Assembly (NCBI RefSeq): GCF_044792175.1
Contig: NZ_CP172866.1
Length of the DNA stretch: 64,000 nt
Source of the DNA: Corallococcus coralloides
GTDB taxonomy: Bacteria; Myxococcota; Myxococcia; Myxococcales; Myxococcaceae
Direction: 5' to 3' (one strand)
Positions 9,055 to 18,939 of this stretch are shown here, piece by piece. The notes under the pieces are model-generated. The model was given only the letters and a program-made list of their open reading frames with translations, searched no databases and had not been told where the DNA came from. The translations under genes were made by a program, and so were the position numbers. How positions within the stretch are numbered: position 1 is the first letter of the stretch; the number at the start of each line of letters is the position of its first letter.

Positions 9055-11412
9055 TCAGTCGACCGGACGCACCTGGACCTGCATCACGGTGTCGCTCTTG
9101 TTCACCGACAGCACCTCGATGATGGTGCCCGTCTTCGGGACCTTCACGCCGGCGTACGGCTGCGTGGCGTACCAGAAGGTGTTGGTGTCGTTGAACACCG
9201 GCACCGCGGGCTGCGAGGGGTACTCGCTGCGCGGGAAGCCGTTGGGCTTGAGCGACAGCGGGAAGCTGGGGTCCAGGCCGAACGTCGCGTCGTGCGTCTG
9301 CACGCGGCCGGACCAGTAGCGGCCGTCGCTGCGCTGCAGGGGCTGCGGGCGCGAGTCGATGGGCAGGATGCGGCCCTCGCCCGGGTGCTGCGACACGTTG
9401 TTGTTCGACTGGGAGGTGTCCCAGTAGGTGACGAGCAGGCCGGGGTTGTACGAGTAGCGCTCCGCCCAGTCATACAGACCGTCCGCGCTGAAGCCGAAGT
9501 TGTACGGGCCCGTGGCCAGCCCCTCGTCGTAGCCGCGGAACTGGCGCCACTCGGCGATGTAGTAGTTGTCGTAGAGCGTGTGGGTGCCGTCCGTCACGAA
9601 GAACGTCGACTTGTCCCACCACTTGTGGCCCCACTCACCGTCGTCGCCAAAGACGTAGGTGTTCTTCGCCCACAACTGCACGGCGTCCACCAGGAAGCCG
9701 GCCTGGAAGTAGGCCGCGTCCGTCTTGTAGCGGATGCGCAGCGTGACCTTCTTGCCCGCGTAGGAGGACAGGTCGAACGACAGCGGTACCCAGCCCGTGG
9801 ACGTGCCGGTGATGCCGTTGCCCAGGTTGTTGCCGTACGGGTTGCTGGTGCGGCTCACCGGGCTGGGCAGGTTGACGAACGAGCCCCCCTCCTCGGCGAT
9901 GGAGACGTAGGCGTAGTCCCAGTCCTCCTCGATGTCGAACCACGTCTGGAAGGAGAAGGTGATGGGCGTCTTGCTCGGCAGCTTCACCGTCTTCTCCAGC
10001 ACGCGGTCCAGGTTGTTGCCCTGGCCGCCCTGCCACATGCCCTGGCCCTCGAAGGGGGCGGTGGTGGGCTGCAGCACGGGCTTGCCGGGCAGCTTCACCA
10101 CGAGCGCCTGCTTCGCGTTCTGCGAGGTGAACTCCGCGGGGCCCAGCCGGTGGTACGAGTACAGGCCCGCGTCCGTGGTGGCGTAGTCCAGCCAGCCCAA
10201 CTGCAGCTTGTCCCAGGCGAAGAAGTCACCCGGACGGCTGCCGATGTCCGTGGTGCCGTCGTTCAGGTACGAGCCGGAGGACATGATGGTCCAGAAGCCC
10301 GTCCCGTTGTCCGCCGCGTTCGTCGTGTCGTAGTGGTCCGGCAGGCCCAGGTCGTGGCCGTACTCGTGCGCGAACACGCCCAGTCCGCCGTTCTCCGGCT
10401 GGATGGTGTAGTCGCCCACCCACTTGTCCACGCCCGTCCCGAAGCGCGCGCCGCCGTTCTGGTTGTACGCGGGACCCGCGCCATCCGGGCCCAGGCCCGT
10501 GCTGTACGCGTACCAGCGGTGGCTCCACACCGCGTTCGGGCCCTGCGCGCCGCCGCCGACCTCCTCACCCATGCCGGCGTGGACGATCTGGAAGTGGTCG
10601 ATGTAGCCGTCCGGCTCGTCGAAGTTGCCGTCGCCGTCGTAGTCGTACCGGTCCCACGTGTCGAACGTGTCCAGGTACGCCTTGATCTCCGCGGGCGTCT
10701 TGCCGGCGGCCTGCTGCGCGTGGGTCCACGCCTTGATGGCGTCGCTGATGAGCGGCCACACGGAGTTGGAGCAACTGGAGCTGCCGCACAGGTTGTTGCC
10801 GTAGCGGGCGGCGTTGTAGGGCACCTTCACCCACTCGGACACCGCGCCGGACACGGCGTAGCGGCCGGAGGACGCGGCCTTGTAGAAGTTCGCCACCGAG
10901 TCCGCGCCCGGAGTGGTGTCGAAGTAGAGCTTCTCGAAGTGCTCGCGGTTGTAGTCCGGCTGCCAGATGGTGGTGTTGTCCACCGAGCGGTCCGGGGCCG
11001 GAATCTCGTTGTGCAGCGGGCCGGGGATGTCGCCGCCCGGGTTGGTGGTCGGGTTGCCGAACACCGGGTGGATCTGCGTGCCGTACTCCACCAGGATGAC
11101 GAAGATGCGGTCCGTGCGCTGCAGCTCCAGCTCCACGAACTTGCCGTTGGCCAGCTTCTGCACGCGGCCGGGCTGACCGCGACCCTCCAGGCGCTGCTGC
11201 AGCGCCTGCGCCTTCAGCTCCTTCTGCTGCTCCCCCAGACGGTGGGGCAGGTCATCCGTGATGTCCTGGACCACGGACTTGCGCAGCGACGCCGACGGCG
11301 GGGCGATGTCCGGTTGCGGCTTCTCGTACCACGCGCGCTCCGCGTACGCGGACGGCGCCGCGAGCGCGAGCAGGCCCACGGCCAGCCAAGACGGGTTTTT
11401 CCGCATTGCCAC
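9055..11412 (-). CDS. secreted M6-family (immune inhibitor A-like) zinc metalloprotease
   Basis: Signal peptide (MAMRKNPSWLAVGLLALAAPSAYA). HExxH zinc motif (FAHEYGHDLGLPDHYD). Long C-terminal beta-rich region typical of InhA/M6 peptidases. Confidence 0.8.
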   Translation of the reverse strand: MAMRKNPSWLAVGLLALAAPSAYAERAWYEKPQPDIAPPSASLRKSVVQDITDDLPHRLGEQQKELKAQALQQRLEGRGQPGRVQKLANGKFVELELQRTDRIFVILVEYGTQIHPVFGNPTTNPGGDIPGPLHNEIPAPDRSVDNTTIWQPDYNREHFEKLYFDTTPGADSVANFYKAASSGRYAVSGAVSEWVKVPYNAARYGNNLCGSSSCSNSVWPLISDAIKAWTHAQQAAGKTPAEIKAYLDTFDTWDRYDYDGDGNFDEPDGYIDHFQIVHAGMGEEVGGGAQGPNAVWSHRWYAYSTGLGPDGAGPAYNQNGGARFGTGVDKWVGDYTIQPENGGLGVFAHEYGHDLGLPDHYDTTNAADNGTGFWTIMSSGSYLNDGTTDIGSRPGDFFAWDKLQLGWLDYATTDAGLYSYHRLGPAEFTSQNAKQALVVKLPGKPVLQPTTAPFEGQGMWQGGQGNNLDRVLEKTVKLPSKTPITFSFQTWFDIEEDWDYAYVSIAEEGGSFVNLPSPVSRTSNPYGNNLGNGITGTSTGWVPLSFDLSSYAGKKVTLRIRYKTDAAYFQAGFLVDAVQLWAKNTYVFGDDGEWGHKWWDKSTFFVTDGTHTLYDNYYIAEWRQFRGYDEGLATGPYNFGFSADGLYDWAERYSYNPGLLVTYWDTSQSNNNVSQHPGEGRILPIDSRPQPLQRSDGRYWSGRVQTHDATFGLDPSFPLSLKPNGFPRSEYPSQPAVPVFNDTNTFWYATQPYAGVKVPKTGTIIEVLSVNKSDTVMQVQVRPVD

Positions 11413-11516
11413 TCCTTAGGGTCAGGTCAGACATCCCGGCGGGGTCCGGGATTGCCCACTTTTTAGTGGAAGGCTCGTCCCCTTGGGAAGACCGGGTAGT
11501 TGAATTTTTACTGCAA

Positions 11517-11538
11517 GGACGGAGTGAGTCATCCGTCC
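11517..11538. promoter_or_regulatory. inverted repeat GGACGGA-N8-TCCGTCC in the divergent inhA/ppc intergenic region, next to an AT-rich patch
   Basis: Perfect 7-bp arms. The surrounding sequence (ttgaatttttactgcaagg) is unusually AT-rich for this genome. Confidence 0.25.
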
Positions 11539-11604
11539 GCTGGCGGTCGGAAATCCGAGAATGGGTAGGGGCGGTGGGGGGCCAAAGGACTACGGTTCCG
11601 GTCC

Positions 11605-14277
11605 GTGATGGCGCGTACACGTCCCGTGGATCCCCCGCTGCGGCGGGATGTCCGGCTCTTGGGCCGGCTGTTGGGTGAGGTGTTGGTGGAACAGGAGGGG
11701 CAGGCCCTGTTCGACAAGGAGGAGGAGGTCCGCCACCTGGCCATCCAGCGCCGGCGGGGGCCGGTGGCCGGACGACGCGCCGCGGCGGCGGAGCTGGCGG
11801 CGGTGTTGCGGCGGCTGCCGTCGGAGCAGGTGGAGCCGGTGCTGCGCGCCTTCTCCGTCTACTTCCAGTTGGTGAACCTGGCCGAGCAGCACCACCGCAT
11901 CCGCCGCGCGCGGGCCCACGCGAGCCCCACCTCCGCCCGGCCCCAGAAGGGGTCGCTGGAGGCGACGCTGCTGACGCTGAAGGCCGCGGGCGTCAGCGCC
12001 GACAAGGTGCGTGAGACGCTGGGGACGCTGAAGGTGACGCTGACGTTCACCGCGCACCCGACCCAGGCGGTGCGCCGCACGCTGCTGGAGAAGCTCTACC
12101 GGCTGGCGCAGTTGTTGGAAGAGCGCGACCGCTGCGCGCTCACCCCGCGCGAGTCCGCCGCGAACCTCACGGCCATGCGCGAGGAGATCACCGCGCTGTG
12201 GCAGACGGACGAGCTGCGCCGCGAGCGCCCCACGGTGGGCGACGAGGTGAAGAACGTCCACTGGTACGTGGAGGAGATGCTGTCGGAGCCGGTGGCCCGG
12301 CTGCCGGAGGCGCTGGACTGGGCCTTCGAGCGCGCCTACGGCGAGCCCCTGGGCGCGCTGGACACGCCCGTGCGCGTGCATTCGTGGGTGGGCGGCGACA
12401 TGGACGGCAACCCGCTGGTGACCCCGGAGGTGTTCGCGGACACGCTGCGCGCGCACCGCGCCCGGGGGCTGCGGCTGCTGTTGCGCGACGTGGAGCGGCT
12501 GGGCGGGATGCTGTCGCAGTCGGAGCGGCACGCGCGCCCCACGCAGGAGCTGGAGCGCTCGCTGGACGAGGACGCGAAGGCGCTGCCGGAGGTGGCCAGG
12601 CAGCAGGGGCCGCGCACGCTGGGTGAGCCGTGGCGCCGCAAGCTGCGCTTCATGGAGGAGCGGCTGACGCTGGCGCTGGAGCACGTGCTGGCGCGGCGCG
12701 AGGGGAGGGAGTCCACGCTGCCGGCCGGGGCGTACCGTTCACCGGAGGCGCTGGGGGATGACCTGGCGGTGCTGGAGCGGTCGCTCTTCGCGGCGAGAGC
12801 GGAGCACGCGGGCCTGCGCGAGGTGCGCCGCATGTCCGAGCGCGTCCGCGCGCTGGGCCTGGGCCTGGGCGAGCTGGAGGTGCGGGCCCCCGCGGAGGAC
12901 GCGGTGAGCGCGGCGGCGTCCTTCCACGGCGGACCGGCCCCCACCGAAGGCGGCAAGCGGCTTCTGGAGGTGCTGGCGAAGCTGCGCGAGGGCCAGGACG
13001 AGGGCGGCGAGTCCGTCTGCCGCACGCTCATCCTCTCCATGGCCTCCACCGCGGACGACGTGCTGGCGGCCTTCCAGTGCCTGAAGCACGCGGGGCTCTG
13101 GGACAAGGCGCGGCAGTGCGCCACCGTGGACGTGGCGCCCCTCTTCGAGCAGTTGGGCGCGCTGGACGGCGGCCCGGACGTGCTGCGCCAGCTCTTCGCG
13201 CACCCGGAGTACCGCCAGCACCTGAAGGGCCGCGGGGTGCAGGAGGTGATGGTGGGCTACAGCGACTCCGGCAAGGAGGTGGGCCTGCTCGCCGCGAGCG
13301 CCGCGCTGTACCGCGCCCAGGTGGCGCTCACCCAGGTGGCGGATGAGCACGACGTGCCCCTGCGCCTGTTCCATGGCCGAGGGGAGACGGTGGCGCGCGG
13401 CGGCGGCCCCGCCCAGACGGCCATCCTCGCGCTGCCGCCGGGCACGGTGGCCGGCGCCTACAAGGCCACCGAACAGGGCGAGGCGATGGACCACAAGTAC
13501 GCGCGCCCGGAGCTCACCCAGCGCACGCTGGAGCTGGTGGTGGGCGGCGTGCTGCTGCACACGCTGGACGCGCAGCCGCGCCCGTCGCCGGAGGACGAGT
13601 CCGCCTTCCGCGCCGCCTTCGACGCGCTGGCGGAGTCCGGCCGCAAGGCGTACCGCGCGCTCGTCTGGGAGGACCCGCGCTTCGTGGAGTTCTTCATGAA
13701 GGGCACGCCGGTGGATGAAATCTCCGCGCTGCCCATCGGCTCGCGCCCCAGCAAGCGCAAGGCGGGCGGGCTGGACACGCTGCGTGCCATCCCCTGGAGC
13801 TTCGCGTGGACGCAGACGCGCGCCATCCTCCCGGCCTGGTACGGCGTGGGCAGCGCGCTGGAGGAGTCCGCGGCCACGCCGGAGGGCGCGGCGCTCCTGC
13901 AGCGCATGTACAAGGAGTGGCCCTTCTTCCGCGCGGTCATCGACAACGTGACCATGGTGCTGGCCAAGACGGACATGGCCATCGCGGCGCGGTACGCGAA
14001 GCTGGCCCCCGCGGCCACGCGGCCCCTGTGGCTGCGCATCCAGCAGGAGCACTCGCGCACGCGCCGCGCGGTGAAGTCGCTCACGGGCGAGGCGAAGCTC
14101 CTGGACAACAACCCGCAGCTCCAGCGGAGCATCGCGCTGCGCAACCCCTACGTGGACCCCATGTCCTTCCTCCAGGTGGAGCTGCTCAAGCGCAAGCGGG
14201 ACGGGGACGCGGAGTGCGACCGGCCGCTCCTCCTGGCGCTCAACGGCATCGCTGCGGGCATGCGGAACACCGGTTAG
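11605..14277 (+). CDS. ppc: phosphoenolpyruvate carboxylase
   Basis: PEPC signatures: VTLTFTAHPTQ, VMVGYSDSGKEVG, FHGRGETVARGGGP, and the C-terminal LNGIAAGMRNTG. Confidence 0.9.
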   Translation: MMARTRPVDPPLRRDVRLLGRLLGEVLVEQEGQALFDKEEEVRHLAIQRRRGPVAGRRAAAAELAAVLRRLPSEQVEPVLRAFSVYFQLVNLAEQHHRIRRARAHASPTSARPQKGSLEATLLTLKAAGVSADKVRETLGTLKVTLTFTAHPTQAVRRTLLEKLYRLAQLLEERDRCALTPRESAANLTAMREEITALWQTDELRRERPTVGDEVKNVHWYVEEMLSEPVARLPEALDWAFERAYGEPLGALDTPVRVHSWVGGDMDGNPLVTPEVFADTLRAHRARGLRLLLRDVERLGGMLSQSERHARPTQELERSLDEDAKALPEVARQQGPRTLGEPWRRKLRFMEERLTLALEHVLARREGRESTLPAGAYRSPEALGDDLAVLERSLFAARAEHAGLREVRRMSERVRALGLGLGELEVRAPAEDAVSAAASFHGGPAPTEGGKRLLEVLAKLREGQDEGGESVCRTLILSMASTADDVLAAFQCLKHAGLWDKARQCATVDVAPLFEQLGALDGGPDVLRQLFAHPEYRQHLKGRGVQEVMVGYSDSGKEVGLLAASAALYRAQVALTQVADEHDVPLRLFHGRGETVARGGGPAQTAILALPPGTVAGAYKATEQGEAMDHKYARPELTQRTLELVVGGVLLHTLDAQPRPSPEDESAFRAAFDALAESGRKAYRALVWEDPRFVEFFMKGTPVDEISALPIGSRPSKRKAGGLDTLRAIPWSFAWTQTRAILPAWYGVGSALEESAATPEGAALLQRMYKEWPFFRAVIDNVTMVLAKTDMAIAARYAKLAPAATRPLWLRIQQEHSRTRRAVKSLTGEAKLLDNNPQLQRSIALRNPYVDPMSFLQVELLKRKRDGDAECDRPLLLALNGIAAGMRNTG

Positions 14278-14287
14278 AGAAGAGACC

Positions 14288-15010
14288 ATGGCCCAGGAGA
14301 CGTTCGTCGTGGAGGAGATCAACCCCAAGCACGGCTTCGCGCGCGTGCGCCCGGAAGAGGGCACGGGGTTGCTGCACACCGCCCTCTATCCGGATCCGGA
14401 GTTCACCCAGGCGCCGCCCTTCCAGCTCCGCAAGGGGGACCGGGTGACGGGCCTTCGCCGGGGCCAGACTGTGTCGGAGGTGGCCTGGCTCGAGCGCGTG
14501 GAGCCGCCCTGGGAAGAGGTGGAGCGCGTGGCGGAGCTGCTCGCGCTCCTGGAGCGCTGGGAGATCCGCGTCCCCCACGAGGCCCGCGTCCTGGCCGAGC
14601 ACGCCTGGCGCGACAGCAAGGACAACCCGCTGCGCGACGAGCTCCAGGCGCAGTTGCCCACCTTCTTCGACCTGGAGGGCGCCCACCCCTTCGAGGACCC
14701 CACGCTGCTGGAGCGCCTGTCCGCCGCCATGCAGCCGTACCTGCCGGGGTTCGCCCTCCAGCCGGTGCAGGGCCAGCCCGCGGTGCGCGTGGAGCCCGGC
14801 GCCGTGGAGGTCCAGGCGGGCGTGGGGAGCTGGGACGTGCCCCAGCCCACCTTCGCCCCGATGATCGCGGAGGTGAACGCGAGGCTCGCCGCCGCCGGAG
14901 CCCCCGTGCGATGGGTGCCCACGCGCGAGGACTGGATGCTCGCGCCGCCCGCGCTGGCCGCGCTCCTCCAGAAGCACGGCCTGCTCGAAGCCGCCGCGCC
15001 CTCCGCCTGA
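14288..15010 (+). CDS. hypothetical protein
   Basis: ORF 10 nt after ppc, coding-like composition, no recognisable domain. Confidence 0.5.
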   Translation: MAQETFVVEEINPKHGFARVRPEEGTGLLHTALYPDPEFTQAPPFQLRKGDRVTGLRRGQTVSEVAWLERVEPPWEEVERVAELLALLERWEIRVPHEARVLAEHAWRDSKDNPLRDELQAQLPTFFDLEGAHPFEDPTLLERLSAAMQPYLPGFALQPVQGQPAVRVEPGAVEVQAGVGSWDVPQPTFAPMIAEVNARLAAAGAPVRWVPTREDWMLAPPALAALLQKHGLLEAAAPSA

Positions 15011-15087
15011 GGGAAGGGGCCTCCGCCGCGCTGTGTCACAAGGCGGTGTGAGGTCAAAGCATTGTCTGGTACAGGACGGAGACCCGC

Positions 15088-16998
15088 ATGCGTCTCCGTC
15101 ACCTCGCGCCCCTCCTCCTGGGTCTCCTCGTCCTCGCCGGGGCCGGCTGTGAGCCCGCCCCCGAGCGGCGGCTGAACGAAGCCGAGCTCCCCCCGCCCTC
15201 CGGTCCACGTGTCACCCTCGACGGGCACGACCCGGACACGCACCGGCTGTTCGGCACGGTGTCGAGCGACGCCGGCGCCTCACGGGTGCAGGTGTTCGAG
15301 GACGGGCGCTTCCTGGGCCACGCCGACATCGACGGTGTCCGCTGGAGCCTGCCCTGGTGGCCGGGCCCGCGCGCGCTGGGGCTGGAGGTGGTGGCTCGCG
15401 ACAGGCGGGGCTCCGAGGCGCGGGCCCGCGTCGACTTCCAGCACCTGACGTTCGACGCGCGGCCCGGGCTCTACCAGCCGGAGACGCTGCTGGCGTTGCC
15501 CACGGCCCGGGGGCTGCGGACGTACTTCACGCGGGACGGCTCCACGCCCACGCCCGCGTCGTCGCGCTACACCGCGCCCATCGCGCTGCTCGCGCGCTCC
15601 ACGCCTCCGGCGCGGTGGTCCTTCGTCCCCACGACGCCGCTGGACGCGGTGGAGGCCTTGCGGTGGGTCGCGCCGCTGGAGGAGCCGCCCCAGGTCGCGG
15701 TGGTGCGCTACCGGCAGTTCGCGGGCGCGGAGCCGGCGGGCCCGGTCCGCACGCGCACGTTCGTCATCGGCCGGGCGCCGTACTCGCTGCCGGTGCTGTC
15801 GCTCGTCACCGACGCGGCGAACTTCTTCGACCCGGCGAAGGGCATCTACGTCCCCGGCCTCCTCGCCGAGGCCCGGCCTGACGACCCATTCGCGGCCAAC
15901 TACCTGCGGAACGGCAAGGAGTGGGAGCGGCCCGTCCACGTGGAGTGGTTCGAGACGTCCGGCGAGCGCGTGTTCGACCAGGACGCGGGCGTGCGCATCC
16001 ACGGCACGGGCAGCGCGGTGATGCCGCAGAAGAGCCTGCGGCTGTACGCGAAGGAGGACTACGGCCCGAAGACGTTCGCGGGCCCGGTGTTCCCCGTCTC
16101 CCCGGTGACGGAGTTCACCCGGCTGCTGGTGCGCACGTCCGGACAGGACCAGGGCATCACCAAGCTGCGCGACTGCGTGCTGCAGGGCCTGCTGGCGGAG
16201 ACGCGGCTCGCGCTCCAGGCCTGCCGTCCCACGCTCGTGTTCCTCAACGGCGAGTACTGGGGCTTGCACGAACTACGCGAGCGCCTGGACGAGTACTACC
16301 TGGCGTCGCACTACGGCGTGGACCGCAAGAAGGCCGTCATCCTGGAGGGCTCCGGGGTCCTGGACGTGGGGGAGGAGGGGGACGAGCAGCCCTACCAGGA
16401 GCTCATCGACTACGTGGCGACGCACGACCTGGCGGTGCCGGAGCACTCCGCCTGGGTGCGCGCGCGCATGGACGTGGAGGACTTCATCGACTACCAGGTC
16501 GCGCAGCTCTACCTGGGCAACACGGACTGGCCGCACAACAACGTGAAGTTCTGGCGGCTGCGCACGAAGGAGCCCGAGCCGGACGCGCCCCATGGACACG
16601 ACGGCCGCTGGCGCTGGCTCGTGTACGACCTGGACGTCGCCCTGGTCCACGGCCCGGCCCAGGACAGCCTGGGGCGCGTGCTGGACGGCACGTCGGACGT
16701 GGCGCCCTGGTCCACGCTGCTCTTGAGGGGGCTGCTCCAGTCGCCGGAGTTCAAGGCCCGCTTCGTCGAGCGCTTCCTCTGGCACGCCGAGCACACGTTC
16801 GCTCCGGAGCGGGTGACGGCGGCGCTGGACGCGGCGGTGGAGGCGCTCGAACTGGAGATGCCCGGCCAGGTGGCGCGCTGGAGCCAGCCGGCCTCCATGG
16901 CGGGGTGGCGCGCGAACCTCCTGGACCTGCGGGAGACGCTGCGTCAGCGGCCGGCGTTCATGCGCCGGCTGCTGGAGCAGTACCTGGGGTCTCAGTAG
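15088..16998 (+). CDS. CotH kinase-family lipoprotein
   Basis: Lipobox LAGAGC. Central region matches the CotH fold (VHVEWFETSGERVFDQDAGVRIHGTGS...SLRLYAKEDYGPK...NTDWPHNNVKFWR). Confidence 0.7.
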   Translation: MRLRHLAPLLLGLLVLAGAGCEPAPERRLNEAELPPPSGPRVTLDGHDPDTHRLFGTVSSDAGASRVQVFEDGRFLGHADIDGVRWSLPWWPGPRALGLEVVARDRRGSEARARVDFQHLTFDARPGLYQPETLLALPTARGLRTYFTRDGSTPTPASSRYTAPIALLARSTPPARWSFVPTTPLDAVEALRWVAPLEEPPQVAVVRYRQFAGAEPAGPVRTRTFVIGRAPYSLPVLSLVTDAANFFDPAKGIYVPGLLAEARPDDPFAANYLRNGKEWERPVHVEWFETSGERVFDQDAGVRIHGTGSAVMPQKSLRLYAKEDYGPKTFAGPVFPVSPVTEFTRLLVRTSGQDQGITKLRDCVLQGLLAETRLALQACRPTLVFLNGEYWGLHELRERLDEYYLASHYGVDRKKAVILEGSGVLDVGEEGDEQPYQELIDYVATHDLAVPEHSAWVRARMDVEDFIDYQVAQLYLGNTDWPHNNVKFWRLRTKEPEPDAPHGHDGRWRWLVYDLDVALVHGPAQDSLGRVLDGTSDVAPWSTLLLRGLLQSPEFKARFVERFLWHAEHTFAPERVTAALDAAVEALELEMPGQVARWSQPASMAGWRANLLDLRETLRQRPAFMRRLLEQYLGSQ

Positions 16999-17345
16999 CC
17001 GTAGGAGCCGCTGCGCACGTCCACCAGCCGGCCGTCGCGGAAGATGGCCACCTGCATCAGCCGGTGGGGCCCGAAGTTGTAGGTCCACTCCTCCACGGTC
17101 GTGGAGGTCGTGACCTCCGTGGAGGCCTCGCCGTAGCGCGTCCGGTCCCGCGTCCCTTCCTTGACCTTCTGGGTCACGTACTCCGTCCTGCTCTGCTTCG
17201 TCACCGGCTCGCCGCACTTGGCCAGCGCGTCCGTCTGCGAGGCCCCCTCCGACACGAGCTTGTTCTCGCAGCGCAGCGCGGACGCGTGGACGAGCGAGGG
17301 CAGGGAGAGGCAGGCGACGACGAGGGCGGCGGGAAGGGTGCGCAT
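16992..17345 (-). CDS. DUF2845-like small secreted protein
   Basis: Signal peptide. Conserved Cys pair (LRCENKLVSEG...AKCGEP). C-terminal motif WTYNFGPHRLMQVAIFRDGRLVDV. Overlaps the cotH stop by 7 nt on the opposite strand. Confidence 0.6.
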   Translation of the reverse strand: MRTLPAALVVACLSLPSLVHASALRCENKLVSEGASQTDALAKCGEPVTKQSRTEYVTQKVKEGTRDRTRYGEASTEVTTSTTVEEWTYNFGPHRLMQVAIFRDGRLVDVRSGSYGY

Positions 17346-17445
17346 GGGGGACGCTCCGGGGAGTGGGAAGGGGCAGGGAACACGGCCAGGACGCGGCGGA
17401 CCCGAAACTATTCAACCCTCCGTGCGCTTTCCCGCCGGGCAGCCG

Positions 17446-18723
17446 CTACAGGCCGCCCTTCGCCTTGAGGGTGCGCGCCACCTCGTCCGCCATCACGCGG
17501 TGGCCTTCCACGGACGGGTGGATGCCGTCCACCTCCAGTCCGTCGATGAAGAGGTCCACGTTGCCCGGCTGGCGCGTCACGGCCTCCAGGTCGATGAGCT
17601 GCGCGCGCGTCAGGGAGCGCAGCCACGCGTTGAACTCGTGGCGCTGGGCCTTCATCAGCTCGAAGTCCCCGCCGTCCGCGCCCATCTTCTCCTTGGGCAG
17701 CAGCGTGCTCACCCACAGCCGGCACATGGGCTGGAGCTGATCCAGCAACTGCGTCATGCGCTGCTGCAGCTTCGGCACCGTCATGCCCTCCGCGGCCAGG
17801 TCGTTGACGCCCAAGAGGACGATGCAGTCGGTGACGCCCTGCAGGGAGAGCACCTCCTGCGGCAGTTGGAGGTTCGCGTCCCAGAAGCCCTGCCCGGACG
17901 CGCCCGAGTTCACCACCGGCACCCCGAGCTGCTTCTCCACCCGGGACGGCCACGCGTTGCGCGTGTCGTTGAACGTGCCCGTGTAGCCCTCCGTGATGCT
18001 GTCTCCAATGGCGACGAAGGCCCGGCCCGGCGCGCCCTCCACGTCCACCGTCGCCACGCCCGTGGCGTACTCCCAGGCCTGGCCGCCCAGCGCGCCCTGC
18101 GTCGTCGCGTAGGCGCCGGCCTTCATCCAACTGTCCGGGAACGCCTGGATGCGGCTCTTGCCCAGCGCGCCCTTCACCTCGAAGGAGATGGCCAGCTCGT
18201 CGCGGAAGCCCACCGGGAAGGAAACCGGATCCGACGTCACCAGCGTGCGCGTGCCCGTGGTGAAGCCCGGCTGGCCGCCGAAGGTGAGCGCCACCGGAGC
18301 GGAGTCCAGCGCGCCGTTGTTGCCCGCCTTCGCCACCGTGGCCCGCTGCAGCGTCAGGCTGCCGTCGCCGGAGCGGAAGGTGACGCGCACGCGGCTGCCC
18401 GCGCGCCCCAGGGGGACCTTGAGCCGGTACGTGGTGAAGGTCCCCACGGAGACGGATTCGCGCAGCGACTGGTGGAAGGCGGGCTGGAACTTCGTGGGCA
18501 GGGGCGCCACGGGCGGCGTGGCCTGCACCTGGTGCCCGTCATGCAGCGTCAGTGTGGGGGCGGCCTCCACGGACCCCTCGGCGGCGGGCGCGGTCACCTC
18601 CGCGTCCGTGCGGCCCTGCCCGGAGGGCTCCTCGGGCGAGCGGCCGTCATCCATGCCTCCACACCCCACCAGCACGCCCAGGGCTCCGAAGCACCCCCAG
18701 CGCAGCGCCTTCCTCAGACCCAT
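17446..18723 (-). CDS. SGNH/GDSL-hydrolase family lipoprotein
   Basis: GDS motif (FVAIGDSITEGY). Later VLLGVNDL and a DGIHPS block. Lipobox LVGCGG. Alternative start at 18756. Confidence 0.7.
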   Translation of the reverse strand: MGLRKALRWGCFGALGVLVGCGGMDDGRSPEEPSGQGRTDAEVTAPAAEGSVEAAPTLTLHDGHQVQATPPVAPLPTKFQPAFHQSLRESVSVGTFTTYRLKVPLGRAGSRVRVTFRSGDGSLTLQRATVAKAGNNGALDSAPVALTFGGQPGFTTGTRTLVTSDPVSFPVGFRDELAISFEVKGALGKSRIQAFPDSWMKAGAYATTQGALGGQAWEYATGVATVDVEGAPGRAFVAIGDSITEGYTGTFNDTRNAWPSRVEKQLGVPVVNSGASGQGFWDANLQLPQEVLSLQGVTDCIVLLGVNDLAAEGMTVPKLQQRMTQLLDQLQPMCRLWVSTLLPKEKMGADGGDFELMKAQRHEFNAWLRSLTRAQLIDLEAVTRQPGNVDLFIDGLEVDGIHPSVEGHRVMADEVARTLKAKGGL

Positions 18724-18939
18724 GCCCACGACCTCCCGGCGCAAGACAATGTGCACGATCTGCCCGCGTGGCGACCCGGGGATTCATGGCGCGCGCCAAT
18801 CCCAGCGGGCCATGAACAGCCCCCGCCAGGGAGCGGACGGCGCAGGACTTCCCCCACGCGGTGGCGGGCCGGGCCCCTGGAGGACCCGCGCGCTCGCCAC
18901 CCCGGGCAGGGGCGCGGCCTTCCGTGGGCAATCCGTTGC

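Noticed and set aside
9037-11466. 809-aa plus-strand ORF antisense to the M6 protease
   Set aside because: The opposite strand carries an HExxH protease with a signal peptide. This frame is low complexity.
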